Of a DNA stretch of 64,000 nucleotides, positions 1 through 14,800 are shown piece by piece. The translations under genes and the position numbers were made by a program. Numbering within the stretch: the first letter of the stretch is position 1; every line of letters starts with the position of its first letter. The notes under the pieces were generated by a model. That model was not told where the DNA came from, made no database searches, and was given only the letters and a program-made list of their open reading frames with translations. Origin of the DNA: Negaprion brevirostris (taxonomy: Eukaryota); contig JARDVH010000121.1 of NCBI GenBank assembly GCA_030324005.1, positions 10,776,295 to 10,840,294 on the forward strand, given 5' to 3'.

Positions 1-2791
1 TTTCTTTCTAGTTTCTTTTGATTCTAACATCGTGACAATGTTTTCTTTTCTCTCACATATGCTTGCCCAGATCCGCATTTAGTGCATGCACCTTAAAATC
101 TCGCCGCCGTGGCCATATCGGCATTATTACCACGAGTTGACAGAATTACTTTTCAAGGCCTTGTTGGAGAATTGGCTACAGATGGGGTGGGATTCTCCAT
201 CCGCACTCGCGCAAAACCGGAGAATCCCACCTGAGGTCAATACAACGTTGCGTGGTCCCACATCCACCACCTGCTACAATTCCCGTGGTGGACGGGAGGG
301 GTGAATTTCCCCTCTTGACTCCCTCCGCTTTTCCACTTTCGGACAAGAGAACACATTCTCCACTGATTCTGACAAAACACGCCATAATTTTGAAGAACTC
401 TACTCAACCATTTAGGATTTATATATATTATATATGTATGTTATATATATACGCTGCCACGAGGGGATATAATCTGAAGGTGCAGTAAAAGTTTTAAATT
501 GTAAACTGATGCATGATGCTCTACGCTAACGGCGTCACTCTTGACTCCTCCAGAAGGGTTAAAGTATAAGTCTGATAAGCTAGAGTCGGGCCAGCAAAAG
601 TTGCCTTTAATTGCATTTTGGAAAAGCGGAAGGCGTTGCTTTCATTACCCTAGACCCTGGACAGGTAACCATTGTCTCTAGGTCTTTCAGTGACAACAGC
701 GATTAAGACTAAGTTAGTCCATTCGAAAATCTAGCGCCGTAATGCCTTCTTTCACCAATCCATTAGAATTGGTCTTGAATGTACGCATAAACCCAGTACC
801 ATAAATTTGAGGTTATCCACCTAGCTGCCACAAGAACTGGCTTCCTTTCACCGAACTTCCTCTCTCCTGGTTCCCACTGCCTAAGCACTGAACTCCTGTT
901 CTTTTTCAATTTCTCTGCTATGTCCTTCATGCCATACCTGACCTCATCTTGTCCCTAATCTGTGCCGACTATTATTTCTATCATTTGGTTCCTGTAACCT
1001 TCTGAAAATCGAACTTCTCTTATTAGTTATCTGTTGTCCGATACTATCAAAAGTTCCTAAACCTCATAAAATAACGCCCTCACTTTTAAATATGGCACTA
1101 TCAGATCTACCCTTCAAGAAATACAATGTTACACTGCAGTTTGCCCTTGCAACCGATCTCCACAAGTGTATCTTTTTTTTTAATTCAAAATTCACGGACA
1201 TATTTTATGCAGATCGATTCAGGAAATCCTTGCTTTTTTTGTCTCNNNNNNNNNNGGCATTCTGAGATGAAAGCAAATTACTGCGGATCCGGGAATCTGA
1301 AACAGAAAAAGAAATGCTGGAATATCTCAACAGATCTGACAGCATCCGCCACATTTGACAGGATTGGGGGAAAAAATCGTCCTCGCGAATCTTTTCATTT
1401 GTTGGGTGGAAATGAACAAACATTATTCAATTATGTAAAGCAGGTCAAGTCTATTGAAACCTGGCGGTAAAAAAGCTGGAATAGCTTCTTGCACTCATTG
1501 CTTGGTGTTACTTTTCCTGTCTCATTGACCCCTTTCATCCCGTAGTGACACCAAGAAAATAGTACGCAGCAAGACTGTCTTCGCGTTTGAATACGCAGCA
1601 GTGCACATCACAAACGCTTCTTAATACTTCACCACAGCCTCTTACGTATACATCTTGAATCTCGCCGTCTCAGAGCCAAGGTGCTGGAGAGTGTTTTAGA
1701 GGCTTTCCTGCATAGAAAGGAAGGGACACAGTTTCACCTGCAACCCGTTGTCCCACTTCTTCACGTACTCCCAGAGTCAGAACAGGGAGGAGCTGCCCAC
1801 CGTGCATTATACAATTGGAATGCGAGTGAGATAGACGACAAGAAACAAACGGAACTGATGCATTTCAACTAATGGAATGTGCTTAATTAGAATAGGAATA
1901 CAAACTGTCGGAATATAATTAAAATGCTGGTGGTGACATGGTGGGGATGAAGGTGGGGAAGAGAAGCCTAACGTAGCACTTAAAGAGTTTTGAATAGTTA
2001 TGGATCAAGATTTAACTTTAAGGGATCTGAGACCAGCTGATAAAAACAGCGCTTAAATTTAATATCTTATATTCAAAGAGTATCACTGTACTGCTATCTG
2101 ACTGTTTACTCTATGCAGGGTTGTTTCTTTTTTCCTTCGTCAACCCTTTATTGGTTTGCTTCCTGCAATCCCAGGTAACATGTCCAGTTGTCTACATAAT
2201 ACTTACTGGAACTATCAAAAATGATGTTACCTTACAAGACAACAAGGAAGCGGAATGGAGAGAGAGAGCTTCTTTTTTTCTAAACGTCGAAGTGCCATCA
2301 ATGGACGTTTGGAAGAAATATACGTGGAAGTTCATAACACAGATAATTAACATGCAGTGCCGGAATCCAAAGTAATAATTTAAAAGGACTATCCAAAAAG
2401 TATAAATTATTATTCTTTAGATCTGCTGGAATAGAATGTATGCAAAAACAATGTAAGTTTCAGCTATAGAAAGGTGGCAGTTACACAGCACAGGGACCAG
2501 GGATGCCAGGCCTCATGATGGACGGGGGTGAGATGGGTCGTCTCACATGGCTATCGTCAATGATCTGTGGACCCCCAGTCTTAAGCTATGATAAAAGGGT
2601 TCAGCAAGTTTGAAAGTTGATTGTAATGAAATGCGTCCCTGTAGCTCTTTGTTAAAACTTACAATCTAAAACTACAGATGAAAACATTGTATTGCCTTGG
2701 GGGCGCTAATCAGAGAAAAGCATAAGAGCAAAAACATTTGTGCATTTCTCAAATTGCACTTTTGATGCATTAATTTCCCTCTTACTGGCAG

Positions 2792-2818
2792 ATGAAGAAT
2801 TGCGGAAAAAGAAAGCAG
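2792..2818 (+). CDS. 27-nt microexon (D)EELRKKKA
   Basis: ttccctcttactggcag|ATGAAGAATTGCGGAAAAAGAAAGCAG|gtaaag. Confidence 0.85.
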
Positions 2819-5800
2819 GTAAAGTTCTTAGGAATAGTATGTTTTTTGTGGTATTGGAGTAAATTGTAGAACAAGCCAAATCAGAGTGGCAATTTTGATG
2901 TGCCAATTGACTTGATGTATCACTGACGTCCAGCTCTAATTAAGATCCAGATGTTTATTGCCAGCTCCCTTTATTTTTAGTGAATTTCCACTGGATAGAC
3001 ACAATGTCAATTTTTGGAAAAAATCACTATTGCTGTTTCACTTGCAAACAATGTAAACCATTCACACTTCGCACTTTTACTATCTGATACTTTCATTATT
3101 ACAAGAAAAACTGGATAGTGTGGGTTCAACTTTTCTGGACAATCTAGAGGACGTTGGATGACTTCATCAATTCTTTTAAGTTTACAATGGTGTTTGGCAA
3201 AGTAGCCAGCAAATGATCCTTCCATTGTTAGAGATTAAAATGAGTGGTCGGTAATAATATTTACTAACAAACACAGGAAATAATTCAGCGACACGACTTT
3301 ATTTTGCTGTGAGTGGTTAGAATAATGGACTTGTTACAAAAAGTGGCAATTGAGGTGAATGAGATTATGGCTTTATGGAGCAGCAAAATATATAGATGAG
3401 AGAGAAACGAATGTAAGTATGTGCTTNNNNNNNNNNNNNNNNNNNNNNNNNNNNNNNNNNNNNNNNNNNNNNNNNNNNNNNNNNNNNNNNNNNNNNNNNN
3501 NNNNNNNNNNNNNNNNNNNNNNNNNNNNNNNNNNNNNNNNNNNNNNNNNNNNNNNNNNNNNNNNNNNNNNNNNNNNNNNNNNNNNNNNNNNNNNNNNNNN
3601 NNNNNNNNNNNNNNNNNNCTGGTTTCCATTGGGCATGCTACATCCTCAACAGCATACCCGAACAGGTGCCAGAGAGTGGCACCGAGGGGTTTTTCACATT
3701 CATCAATTGTAGTGTTAATACACTCCTATTTATGACACTAATAAGTAAAGTCAAACTTAGTATGGCCACAATCAGTTGGACCGAATGTCATGGTTTTCCA
3801 CCTTGAATTACATGCCAACCGACGTAGCACACATATCCTGCACCTTGCCTTGTAGACGCAATGGATCTAGCACTGCTCCTCTTCAAGTTCCAGCTCTCCA
3901 TATCATGAAAACTTTAACCGATGTTTTAAACATTATTTTCGTTGCAGAGGTAACAGCTCTGCAGAAGAAAATACATGATTTAGGTAAGGGATCACTTCAA
4001 CTATCGCTTTGTCTCAATAAGTCTGCATCCCGTTTGCCTTGACTGCAACATAAACAACAACAGCTTGTTTTTGTATAGCACATTATCAAAGCAGAGCATC
4101 CTAAGGGGCGCCAGAGTCCAGTTGTCAATTCAAAGCAATAATATTGTACAACAGCAAGCGAACAGCATATCAAGTTGCAAAAGTTTTATAAAAGAATTGG
4201 GCTTTACGCTTTGTTTTAGATAGAAGCAGTGAAAAATCTGAATGTGATGAGAAAAAATGGCATGCAAAAGGGCAGAATTCTGTTTCATAGCGAGTTGTTC
4301 CACTGGAGAACAAAAAAGACGGATAGGGAATTTTGCTACAGATTGGTAAGCATATGACAAAGTGATGAATGGCAATTCGTATCAGCTAGAGTAGCAGCAT
4401 GGAAAGAACATAAGAACATAAGAAATAGGAGCAGGAGTAGGCCATCTAGCACCTCGAGCCTGCCCCGCCATTCAATAAGGTCACGGCTGATCTGTAAGTG
4501 GTTCAGTTCCACTTACCCGCCTGCTCCCCATAACCCTTAATTCCCNNNNNNNNNNNNNNNNNNNNNNNNNNNNNNNNNNNNNNNNNNNNNNNNNNNNNNN
4601 NNNNNNNNNNNNNNNNNNNNNNNNNNNNNNNNNNNNNNNNNNNNNAGTGGTTCAGTTCCACTTACCCGCCTGCTCCCCATAACCCTTAATTCCCCTATTG
4701 ATCAGAAATCTATCTACCTGTGGCTTAAACATACTCAACGAGGTAGCGTCCACTGCTTCAATGGGCAGAGAATTCCAGATATTCAGTACCCTCTGAGAGA
4801 AGAAGTTCCTCCTCAACTCTATTCTAAACTGACTCCCCCTTATTTTGAGGCTTTGTCCTCTAGTTCTTGTTTCCGTTCTAAGTGGAAAAAATCTCTCTGC
4901 TTCTAACCTATCTAGCCCCTTCATTATCTTATAAGTCTCTATAAGATCACCCCTCAGCCTTCTAAACTCCAACGAGCACAGGCCCAATCTACTCAATCTC
5001 TCCTCATATGCTCACCCCCTTATCTCCGGTATCAACCTGGTGAACCTTCTCTGCACTCCCTCCAAGGCCAATATATCCTTTTGCAAATAAGAAATATATC
5101 CTTTCGCAAATAAGGAAGCCAGGATTAGCTCTGGTCTCAACAATGAAACTTCGAAATCAGATCAGGAGAGTATTGGATTAGCCTTGACAGGCATGCATGG
5201 GTATTACAATTACAGCTGAACTGTTGTAGTGGGAGTTACTACTTCATGGAATGTAAGCGTCTTTTCATAACATGTTGCACAACTGATGTCCCTTTGTTTA
5301 TGCTTTTTATTTTGCTGTTTTAAATGACCTTCCGTTCCTCTTTCTGATCAGATGAAAGAGTGAATCGAAATGGCAAAGGTAAGCTCAGACAGCAGCGTTG
5401 GTGAAGACCTCCGCCCCCACCAATGTACTATAATGTCCTTCGTAGAAAGGTTGTGTGTTCTTGCTAGCACAACTGCAAATGGAAATTGAAACAATGGTCA
5501 CCTTCATAAGATAATAGTGAAAGTAAGAGCAAATATGATAGTGTTAGCGCGAGTGGGTGAAACGACCACTACGGACTCAGGGTGAAGTTCAATAACAGCA
5601 CAGCTTTATTTTCTTTGCGTCGACGGAGAAGTACAGTCAGGACGTACAATCGGACTGCCCCTAAAGTGCTCTAAAGACTCCCCCACAAGGGGCTACAGTT
5701 ATACCTGAACTTCGCGTTTCAAATGCTAATCCTTTAATTACAGTGTTTGACTTCAGCCATCCTGTTTCGATGTTTTCGAGTGTTGGAGCAATTGTTTTAA

Positions 5801-8800
5801 GTGTGTGTTAATCGTTTNNNNNNNNNNNNNNNNNNNNNNNNNNNNNNNNNNNNNNNNNNNNNNNNNNNNNNNNNNNNNNNNNNNNNNNNNNNNNNNNNNN
5901 NNNNNNNNNNNNNNNNNCCAATTTCCCTTATGTGCCAGCCCTCATTTGCATTCTAAAAGCATGCTCTTGCCTACTGATCAGTGTCTGTTACTTTATGATT
6001 TTAGTGGAGGGCTCTGAGGATAGCTTTAGTTTGCTTCCATTTTGTCTGCCCAATTTCATAAAATTTGTTGTCCGATAACAATAGTGACCTTATCCCCACT
6101 TCCCTGACTACTCACCACCCACTACCCCATATGCAGACCCTCTCCACCCACCCCACCCCCCGGCCCTCCCCCTACCCCACTCCCAGACCCAACGCCACCA
6201 GTGAGCCCCAGATCTAAGTTTGGTCAACAATGATCTAACTCCGCTTGGAAATTATCCAGTAAGCAGTCCCCGCTGATCTCTGTGGAAAACATTTCCAAGA
6301 AATACAGACCTACTGAGATAAGGCAGTCTTCCCCATTTCCGATTTAAGCGGGAGACCTTTCATTTCACTCTGTCCCAAACGCCCAAAGCTCGCCCACGAC
6401 TTGGGAGCGTTCATATTGCCAAGCCGCGTCTGAAAGTTCTGCTTCATAAAAATACAATTTTATCGTGTTCATCTCCAATGAGCAAAGGCCCCATGCTCAT
6501 TATTTCCTCATAAGGCAAGTTCTTCATCCCAAAATATGAATCCTATTGAAATGTCTAGGGATTGTTTATAAAGCCTGTCCAGGTATGAACTGTAAACAGA
6601 AGCAAATTTTAAGTATAAAATGAAACATAGCTGGGGGCAGTCAATTAAGCGCATAGTCCATTATACTCTACAATCATTTTAAAATAGGAAAACCTTCATA
6701 TTGTGCTCAGTTTGTGGCCTTGGAAATCCACTATCCAGTTGTAAAATTCCCCGACTGTCCCTCTTCCCACTTTGCATTTCAACACCTCGGCCAAAAATAC
6801 CCACATTCCATTATGTTTCCAAATAACAATACGTAATTGCATATTGTGTTGGATGATTCATGTACCAGGACACCCATTTCTCTCTGTACTGAGCATGCAG
6901 CTGTCGCTTTCCATTAAGTAATGTTCCTTATTTTTCGTCCTTCCTTTCTTAAGCTGTGTTGTCATATTTTGGTTCTTCCAACTGGCTCAGTCCTTTCTCA
7001 AGCACCTCGGATTGTTTTTCTTTTGCAAACTTTAAGCAATATATCCACATTCTCTCTTTATGATCACAGGACGCACGTTTTCAGATCCTTGCTAAGTTTC
7101 GAAATTAACTCACTTCGTTTTTCTAGTTGTCCTTGTTTTTCCTCTCTAGTAACAGTAGCTATCCTTATGTCATTTGAGCATTGATTTTTGAAGATATCTG
7201 AGATGCTTTGTACATCATCTACCGTGAAGGCAGAAACAAAATCTTAAATAAAACAATGTTTCGTTTCCAGGCTTCTCATTATCAATTCTCGAATTTCGAC
7301 CTGTGATGGACAAATGGATAATCTACCTGATCTCCTATTGTTAATATGTTTGCAGAAATTTCTTGCAATTACATATTAAATACCAGGATTTTTTTCATGC
7401 GCTAATTTCTCCATCTGTTTTTCTTTCTCACTTACCCCTTGCAGGATTATATTGTATCCCACATATCCGGGATTCCTCTGTTCTTTCCAACATTAATTAT
7501 ATTTTACGTCAATTTGATACCAGCCTTTACTTTTTTATTTATCCATAGATGATGCATCATTCTCGCAGCATCTTTCTTACTCGAAAGAATGTACATATGT
7601 TCAGAGTAATTAAATGTCTCCTTAAATGCCCATAGCTGCGTTCATTCCTTCACAGTTTCAAAATGTGCATCAAGTCCACGCTGAAGCCCAAGGCATTAGT
7701 GTCAGACCGCATCATCTCGCCCTCAAACTGAACGTGCATTCTATCATGTTTTCATAACAGTTGCATAGAGAATCAATTATTTTGAGGTCACCAAACAATC
7801 CTGCCGCATTACATATTAAAAACGCCGAGACAGCCTGTTAGACAGTTGGTACCAGGCAGTATCACTCTATGAAGGCGTCCTGAATGCAACCTATGAACTC
7901 AACCGACATGCTGCGTTAACCAATTTCATTCTTGGATCTACATGAGGTTTGATATCTACAATGGATGTTGCATTGCCTTTTGTACAGGCCTCCCGCGTTT
8001 TTTAAACTTATTTTTGTCCTACTTTAGTAAGCAAGATGCGATACTTCCATGAAGTAACGTATATCTTTTCTAATCCTTATTGCCATGAAAACGCATTCTA
8101 CATTTTGATCCTCCGAAATTAGGTCTGTTCTGATCTTATCCGTTATTAACTGCGAAACTCTACGCTTCTTGAAGTGCCATAAGCTCCTGAATATCATGGT
8201 CTCAGCCGGTTTCACTGAGCAACAGCGCACCTGTAATTATGTTCACCTCATCTTCGCTTATATGCACCTGAGCAAGCAATTTGCGCATGTTATCGCGAAC
8301 ATTGCGTATATTCATACAGCATCCCTCTGGTTCCCTGAGCTGTTATGTTTAACCCTGCCGCCAGTCACGAAACACAGCTTCTGGATTGAGTCTTTGGGCT
8401 GCAAAACTCTATCCTTTTAAATGTACTGTTTACTACTACAGTTGCGTTCCGCTCTTACTCCCACGTTTGATCGGTTCCGTGCGCCATGGTGCTGTGCTCA
8501 GTTTATGCAAAGCCCTTGTCGCTTCGCCCTCAAGCCCGCAAGGCCTAATAACCTGCATCCTTTTGCACAATTTCAAGCGCTGCAGATCCCACATTCCTAA
8601 CGTTGATAATCCTATGTCCACTTATTTTATAATCGCTCAGCCCTGTCAGACCACAGTTGAAAGCTCAAGTACTAAGCCTAAGAGTGTGACAGTCTCCTGC
8701 AANNNNNNNNNNNNNNNNNNNNNNNNNNNNNNNNNNNNNNNNNNNNNNNNNNNNNNNNNNNNNNNNNNNNNNNNNNNNNNNNNNNNNNNNNNNNNNNNNN

Positions 8801-11800
8801 NNTCAATATAATTCTTATCGGACAACAAATTTTATGAAATTGGGCACACAATATGGAAGCAGGCTAAAATTACACTCAGAGCCTCTCCACCAAAAATCAC
8901 AAAGTAACAGACAAAGATTAGCAGGCAAGAGCATGCTTTTAGAATGAAAATGAGGGCTAGCACACAAGGGAAGCTGGACAGGATGGCACCTACATGAACT
9001 AAATTAAAAAACACATCCCCACCCCACCAAATCAACACTTCCAAACCAGTCAAACAACCTATGGAGATACCTAAAAATTAACATAGCTAAGGAAACGTCC
9101 CTGGCCCCTCAAACTCTTCGAGATCCATCACATACCCACTGTACAAACCCCAGAGATCCTAGACCAGTAATAACCAATCAGACAAAAACAATTAACACAC
9201 ACTTAAAACAATCGTTCTAACACTCGAAAACATCGAGACAGGATGGCTGAAGTCGAATACTGTAAATAAAGTGTTAGCATTTGAATCGCATACTACACCG
9301 AAGTTCAAGTATAACTATAGCCAGTTGCGGCGGACCTTTAGAGTGCTTTCGGGACAGTCCGATTGTATGTCCTGACTGCACCCCCGTCGACGTAAAAGGA
9401 AATAAAGCTGCGCCGTTATTGAACCCTGAGTCCGCAGTGGTCGTTTCGCCCACTCGCGCTAACAATAACTAATTAATTTCCAAGTTTAGAAATAACAGTG
9501 AACAATTGCCTGTACTGTAGCAATCGTTTTCTGTATTGGATTCAATTTCAATGTCAGAATCAACTCAGTTCCTTTCATGAGTTACACTTTGTCACGCAAT
9601 GAACTGTTGCTGGGACAGGAGGCACTGAAGGACTTCCAGCAAACATCCAATTCATTCATCAAACATACATCTCTGCCTCAAATAAAGTTAATGGCATTAC
9701 AATGACATCAGAGCCAACGATAATTGCAGAGTCAATTGTACTGAACTCGTATGAAATCTAAAGGTACGAGCCAAGCTTACAGGAAATACTTAAATATTTA
9801 TCTATTTCTGTTTAAATGGAGCCTGAGACGAGAACTAACTAGAGAAGCCAAGTCTCCTTTTTAAAACTACAGCAAATGTTCTCGATAAAAGCAAGGCCAC
9901 ATCTGTAGGAAACGATTGTGAATGGATCAGAGANNNNNNNNNNNNAATGACAACGTGGCTGACAGAAGAATAATATGTAATTCGCACAGCAAGCTGTAAC
10001 ACTGCAAGTACGTGCTTTCAACTAATCGAGCCGCTGAAAGCGTAACAGGTTGACATGGACATTTTTCAAGCGCGATTACCCTAGCCCTGACCTGCGGCAC
10101 CACTGCAATCACATCTTAGACTGGGAAGAACTGCGTGTGACGACATTGATGACATGCTTTTCAAATGAAAGACCTTGGAAACAGCTTGAAATCCTACACT
10201 GTAGCAGCGCTAGCCTGATGGTAAGATCGCTGAACTATTAATGTAGTAAACGCACTTAATGTCCTGGACCCGCGATCAAATCCCAGTACAGCAGCCAGTG
10301 GAGTTTCAATTCAATAAAGAACATCAGGGATTAACCGTTTGCTGATAACATGAAGCCATTGCTGAGTGTTGGGAACCCTCATCTAATTCACTGATAGATT
10401 TGGCGGGAGTACAGAAACGTTTTACCAGGATGTTGCATGTTATGAATGATATTAACTATGAAGAGAGATTGAATAATCTGGGATTGTTCTCTCTAGAAAG
10501 ACGAAGGTTGACGGGCGACTTGATAGAAATTTATAAAATTATAGGAGGCATGGATAAAGTGAACAGTAGCAAGCTTTTCCCCAAGGCAGAAATGACAATT
10601 ATAAGGGGACTCAAGCTCAATGTAAGGGGGGAAAGCTTCAATACGGATACGCGGGAGACTTTTTTTACCAGAGGGTGCTGGGGGTGTGAAATGCTCTGCC
10701 AGCTGACATGCTTGAGGCCGACATGTTAGCGACATGTAACACTTAACTGGATAGACAGGCAGGGTACAGAGGGATACAGGCGGTTGGTCTAGAAAGAACA
10801 ATGTCATCTGTGCAGGCTTGGTGAGCTGACATCACATGTGCTTCAATTGCACATCAATTGCAGTACTTGTGCTGTAATGTGTTTTTGCTCTCCGTTCTAA
10901 TGTCCCTTTTGGAAGGAAACCTGCCGTCGTTGCCGGCTTTGGTTCGCATGTGGCTCCAAATCCACAGCAATGTGGTTGATTCTCAACTAGGGATGGGCAA
11001 TAAATGCTCTCCAATAAAACTCTCCATTCACCTGACGAAGAGGGGATCCCCTCGAAAGCTTGTGAGTTTACTGTGAAATAAATCGGTTGGACTAAAACCT
11101 GGTGTTGTCAGACTTTTTACTTTGTTTACCCCAGTCCAACGCCGGCATATCCACATCAATAAATGGTGGCCAGCCAGTAACGCCCACGAGCACCACGTGT
11201 AATCTTACATGATTGAGCCGTTTAATTGTTTTTAATACGGGTTTGAGACCGTCGTGAAGGCAAAACTACCATCCCCAGCAATTGCGTTTTCAGAAATATA
11301 TTTTGCCCATTCTACCTGAAATCGGTACATCTATTTCCACGCAGTGGAAGTGCGTGGAAATAACGATATACTTGTTTCATGTTATACTTAATGAGCATTT
11401 TCCCACATCAATAACTTTCGAACAAATTATTATTTCAATTCACCAAAGTGTTTTCCTAATCGTAGTGATTCTCGAATAGAAACGGAAAATGCTGGATGAA
11501 CTTAACACGTTGTTTAGCATCTGTGGAGAGAAACTGAGTTAATCTTTCGAGTGCTTATGATGCTGCAAGTTTGAAGAGGGAGAGATATGTGATAGATTAG
11601 ATAATTGGACGAGGGGTGGACAGAATGGAATGGCGCTGATTGGTCTGAGCTCAGAAGAGGTTGGCAAAGATGCCATAGGTTTTTAAGGTGCCATTGAGGA
11701 CTGAAGAGCGTTAATAGTGGCAGAAATGGGAGAAAGTGTAAACATAAGAACAAAGTTCAGTGCTAGCATTGCTATTCGTGCAATAAGACCTTCCAAATTT

Positions 11801-14800
11801 AAAACTGTATAATTCCATGTTAAGCACTTGCTTCTCACCGGGATGACTCATTCGAGGACATTGGATTATATAGAAATTGCTGCTCGCTGCTTGGAATTGT
11901 CTTTTAATATAAATCAAAAATGATACCTTAGGTGGTTGACCATGGTAAAATTGTCCCTTAGTGTCTAAAGATGTGTAGATTAGGGGGATTTTTCATGATA
12001 AATTGTCCCTTAGATGTGCAGATTAGGTGAACTGGCCGTGCGAAATTGCTCAGTAGTGCCCAACGACATGTATTTTGGATGGATTAGCCATGGGAGATAT
12101 GTAAGTTTACGGGATAGGGCGGGGGAAGAAGATAAGATATTATGTCAGAGAGTCGTTGCAAACACGACGGCCCGAATGACCTCTTCAGCACTGTAAGGTG
12201 TGCACACTGTATGATTCTATGACCGGTGAAACTGATGTGGTAACAGTTGTCCGAGTGTCAGGGACCTGAACCAACATCTACTCGCCTTTTAAGAAAACAA
12301 CTACGTCGGTACGTCAGTAACGAAAAACGTTAACAACCTTCGTGACTGTTTGTTTAGTCACTTCCTTATTTCGTCTTTGTGAGTAAAAGCGAAATATTGT
12401 AGATGACGGAATGCAAGATCAGACAGAATGTGCTAGAAATAATGAGTAGGCCAGGCTACAGCTCGAAGAAAGAAACAACGTCAGTGTATCAAAATCGATA
12501 TTTCAAATCGATTACCTTTCGTGATGCTTCACGCAATAACTTGAAGTATTGTTAAAATTCTTTTTTCTCTATGCAAGCTGCGCCTCCTTCTGAGTTTGGT
12601 TAACTTCTCCTATTCCGTTTCGAATGCCGAGCATAAGCATTGTTTTGTATTCATTTCTTCTGGTACTCTTTCTGCTTCATTCATTTGAAGATTTCAAACT
12701 TGCGGTTTGTTCTTAAAACTATGACTCTTAACTTTGGATTATGTTAATAACAGTCGAAATGCATGGGTATCGGCGTCGTTTCTACGGCCAACACTTATTG
12801 CTGATACGCTGCTTGTAGGTTTGGACGTCAATTTTATATCAGGGTATCATTATTATTTACAAGTTAAATCTTGGCATGTATTGTTAATGAAATAGAGTAT
12901 ACAAATAATATAAATGTTTTAAGTGTTGCTGTGCCTGTGCAAAATATCAGTGAGGCAGTACTTAAAATATTGTGCATAACCTTAGTCCTCTTATTTCAAG
13001 AGGAATGTAGTTGCATTGGAGACGGTGAGAGGAGGCTATCTAGATTGATTCCAGAGATGAGGGATGAGTTTTACAAAGAGAGATTAGGCAGCTTATTTCA
13101 TCACTCTACGAAGTTTAGAAGATCTAATTCAGATGTACAAGACGATAAGGTGGATGGAGGAAGCAGTCATGGAGAGGGAATTCCTCTTGTGGAGAAACCT
13201 AGAACTCGAAGTCATGGCTTTGGGGTAAGGGGGTGACAATTTAAAACAGAAACCAGGAGAAATTATTTCTCAGAAAGGATCGTGGGCCTGTGGAATTCAC
13301 TAACTCATAACGTGGTGGATGCCGGGGCATTGAGTTAAGTTATGGAAGAGGTGGATTAATTTTTGATAAGTTAAGATTGGAAGGGCTGCGGTATACCGGC
13401 AGGAAAGTGAAGTAGAGATGATATCAGTTCTATTTGTATTAAGTCGCGGAGTACGATCGGGGCGCTAAATTTCCTAATCCTGCTCCTAACTCTTACGAGT
13501 TCTTGTGGGATTCTTGCAATTCAGTAATGTGAGCCAAAATCAGCTTGGTGAATAAGCAAGCTGTTTCTCATTGCATGGAGCGTTTATTAAAAGGGATTGC
13601 TCCAAAGGTCGCTATTTTGTTTCTGAAAAATGCACACCGTAAACCACATGACCAGTTATGCATAATGCTTGCTCGCTGAACATGAGTTTTATTTCCTGAC
13701 TTCTCCCATCGGATTTTTTTTTCCGCATGCGACTTCTAAACCTAGTTGTGGCAGATCATCCCAGGAATAAAATTTTCTCTCTAGACTGTTGAACCGAAAA
13801 TTCAGGAGAACTGCAGTTGCAATAACGAGAAAAGGTCGCTTCTCGGTTTCTGGCTAAGATCAACTAATCAGTAATCTGTAAACTGTCTGTGCTGTTATAT
13901 GATCTGTCTGAGGCCAGAACTCTTCATTCACCTGACGAACAGGGAAACCTCGAAAGCTGTGAGTTTACTATCAAATAAATCGGTTGGACTTAAACCTGGT
14001 GTTGTCAGACTTCTTACTTTGTTTACCCTAGTCCAACGCCGGCATCTGCGCATTAAGATCAAGTGTAGCATCGGTTCTAATCAGAGATGCAGCGCAACTT
14101 AAAAATGGTGAATGACTACTCAGATTCATACATTAACAGCCACAATCTGCTCCTTTCAGAGATGCTTAAACAGAAAACGAACTTGAGTGAGGCAGGTAAG
14201 AAGAACGGATTCTGCTACCCGCCTTTACTGGAAACGATCATTTCTGCTGTCGCTTGTGTCCCCGTTAAAGAAGTCTTCATATCAGTGGAAAGTGCTCAGA
14301 CAGCTCTGCTATATAAAAGAAGCCCACTTGAATGCAGTCGGCCTTCCCCAAANNNNNNNNNNNNNNNNNNNNNNNNNNNNNNNNNNNNNNNNNNNNNNNN
14401 NNNNNNNNNNNNNNNNNNNNNNNNNNNNNNNNNNNNNNNNNNNNNNNNNNNNNNNNNNNNNNNNNNNNNNNNNNNNNNNNNNNNNNNNNNNNNNNNNNNN
14501 NNNNNNNNNNNNNNNNNNNNNNNNNNNNNNNNNNNNNNNNNNNNNNNNNNNNNNNNNACCAGGAATGAAAATTACAGGGCATTCGTCCGCTACCAAAAAT
14601 GCATTCGCTGTATGTTCGTGTATGATACTAACTAAACAGTGATTGCGAACAAAACACATCAATGCCCTCACGAATCAGGCCATCAGCATGTATTGATTGT
14701 TTTTTTTTCATCATATTGCCAGCCACATTGCACATGGGTGGATGTGTTATGTCATCTTCGTGGCGAGGACAGTTTTAATGTTGCCTAGAAACGGGGTAGA

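Noticed and set aside
4497-4695. Direct repeats flanking ~100-N gaps (also ~27200-27345 and ~31035-31240)
   Set aside because: Near-identical sequence on both sides of placeholder gaps indicates unmerged contig overlap, an assembly artefact.
10185-10220. 36-nt AG...GT segment with a gtaaga donor
   Set aside because: In-frame TGA in phase 1, no pyrimidine tract, overlaps a SINE-like repeat, and the 36-nt slot is already filled by 14160.
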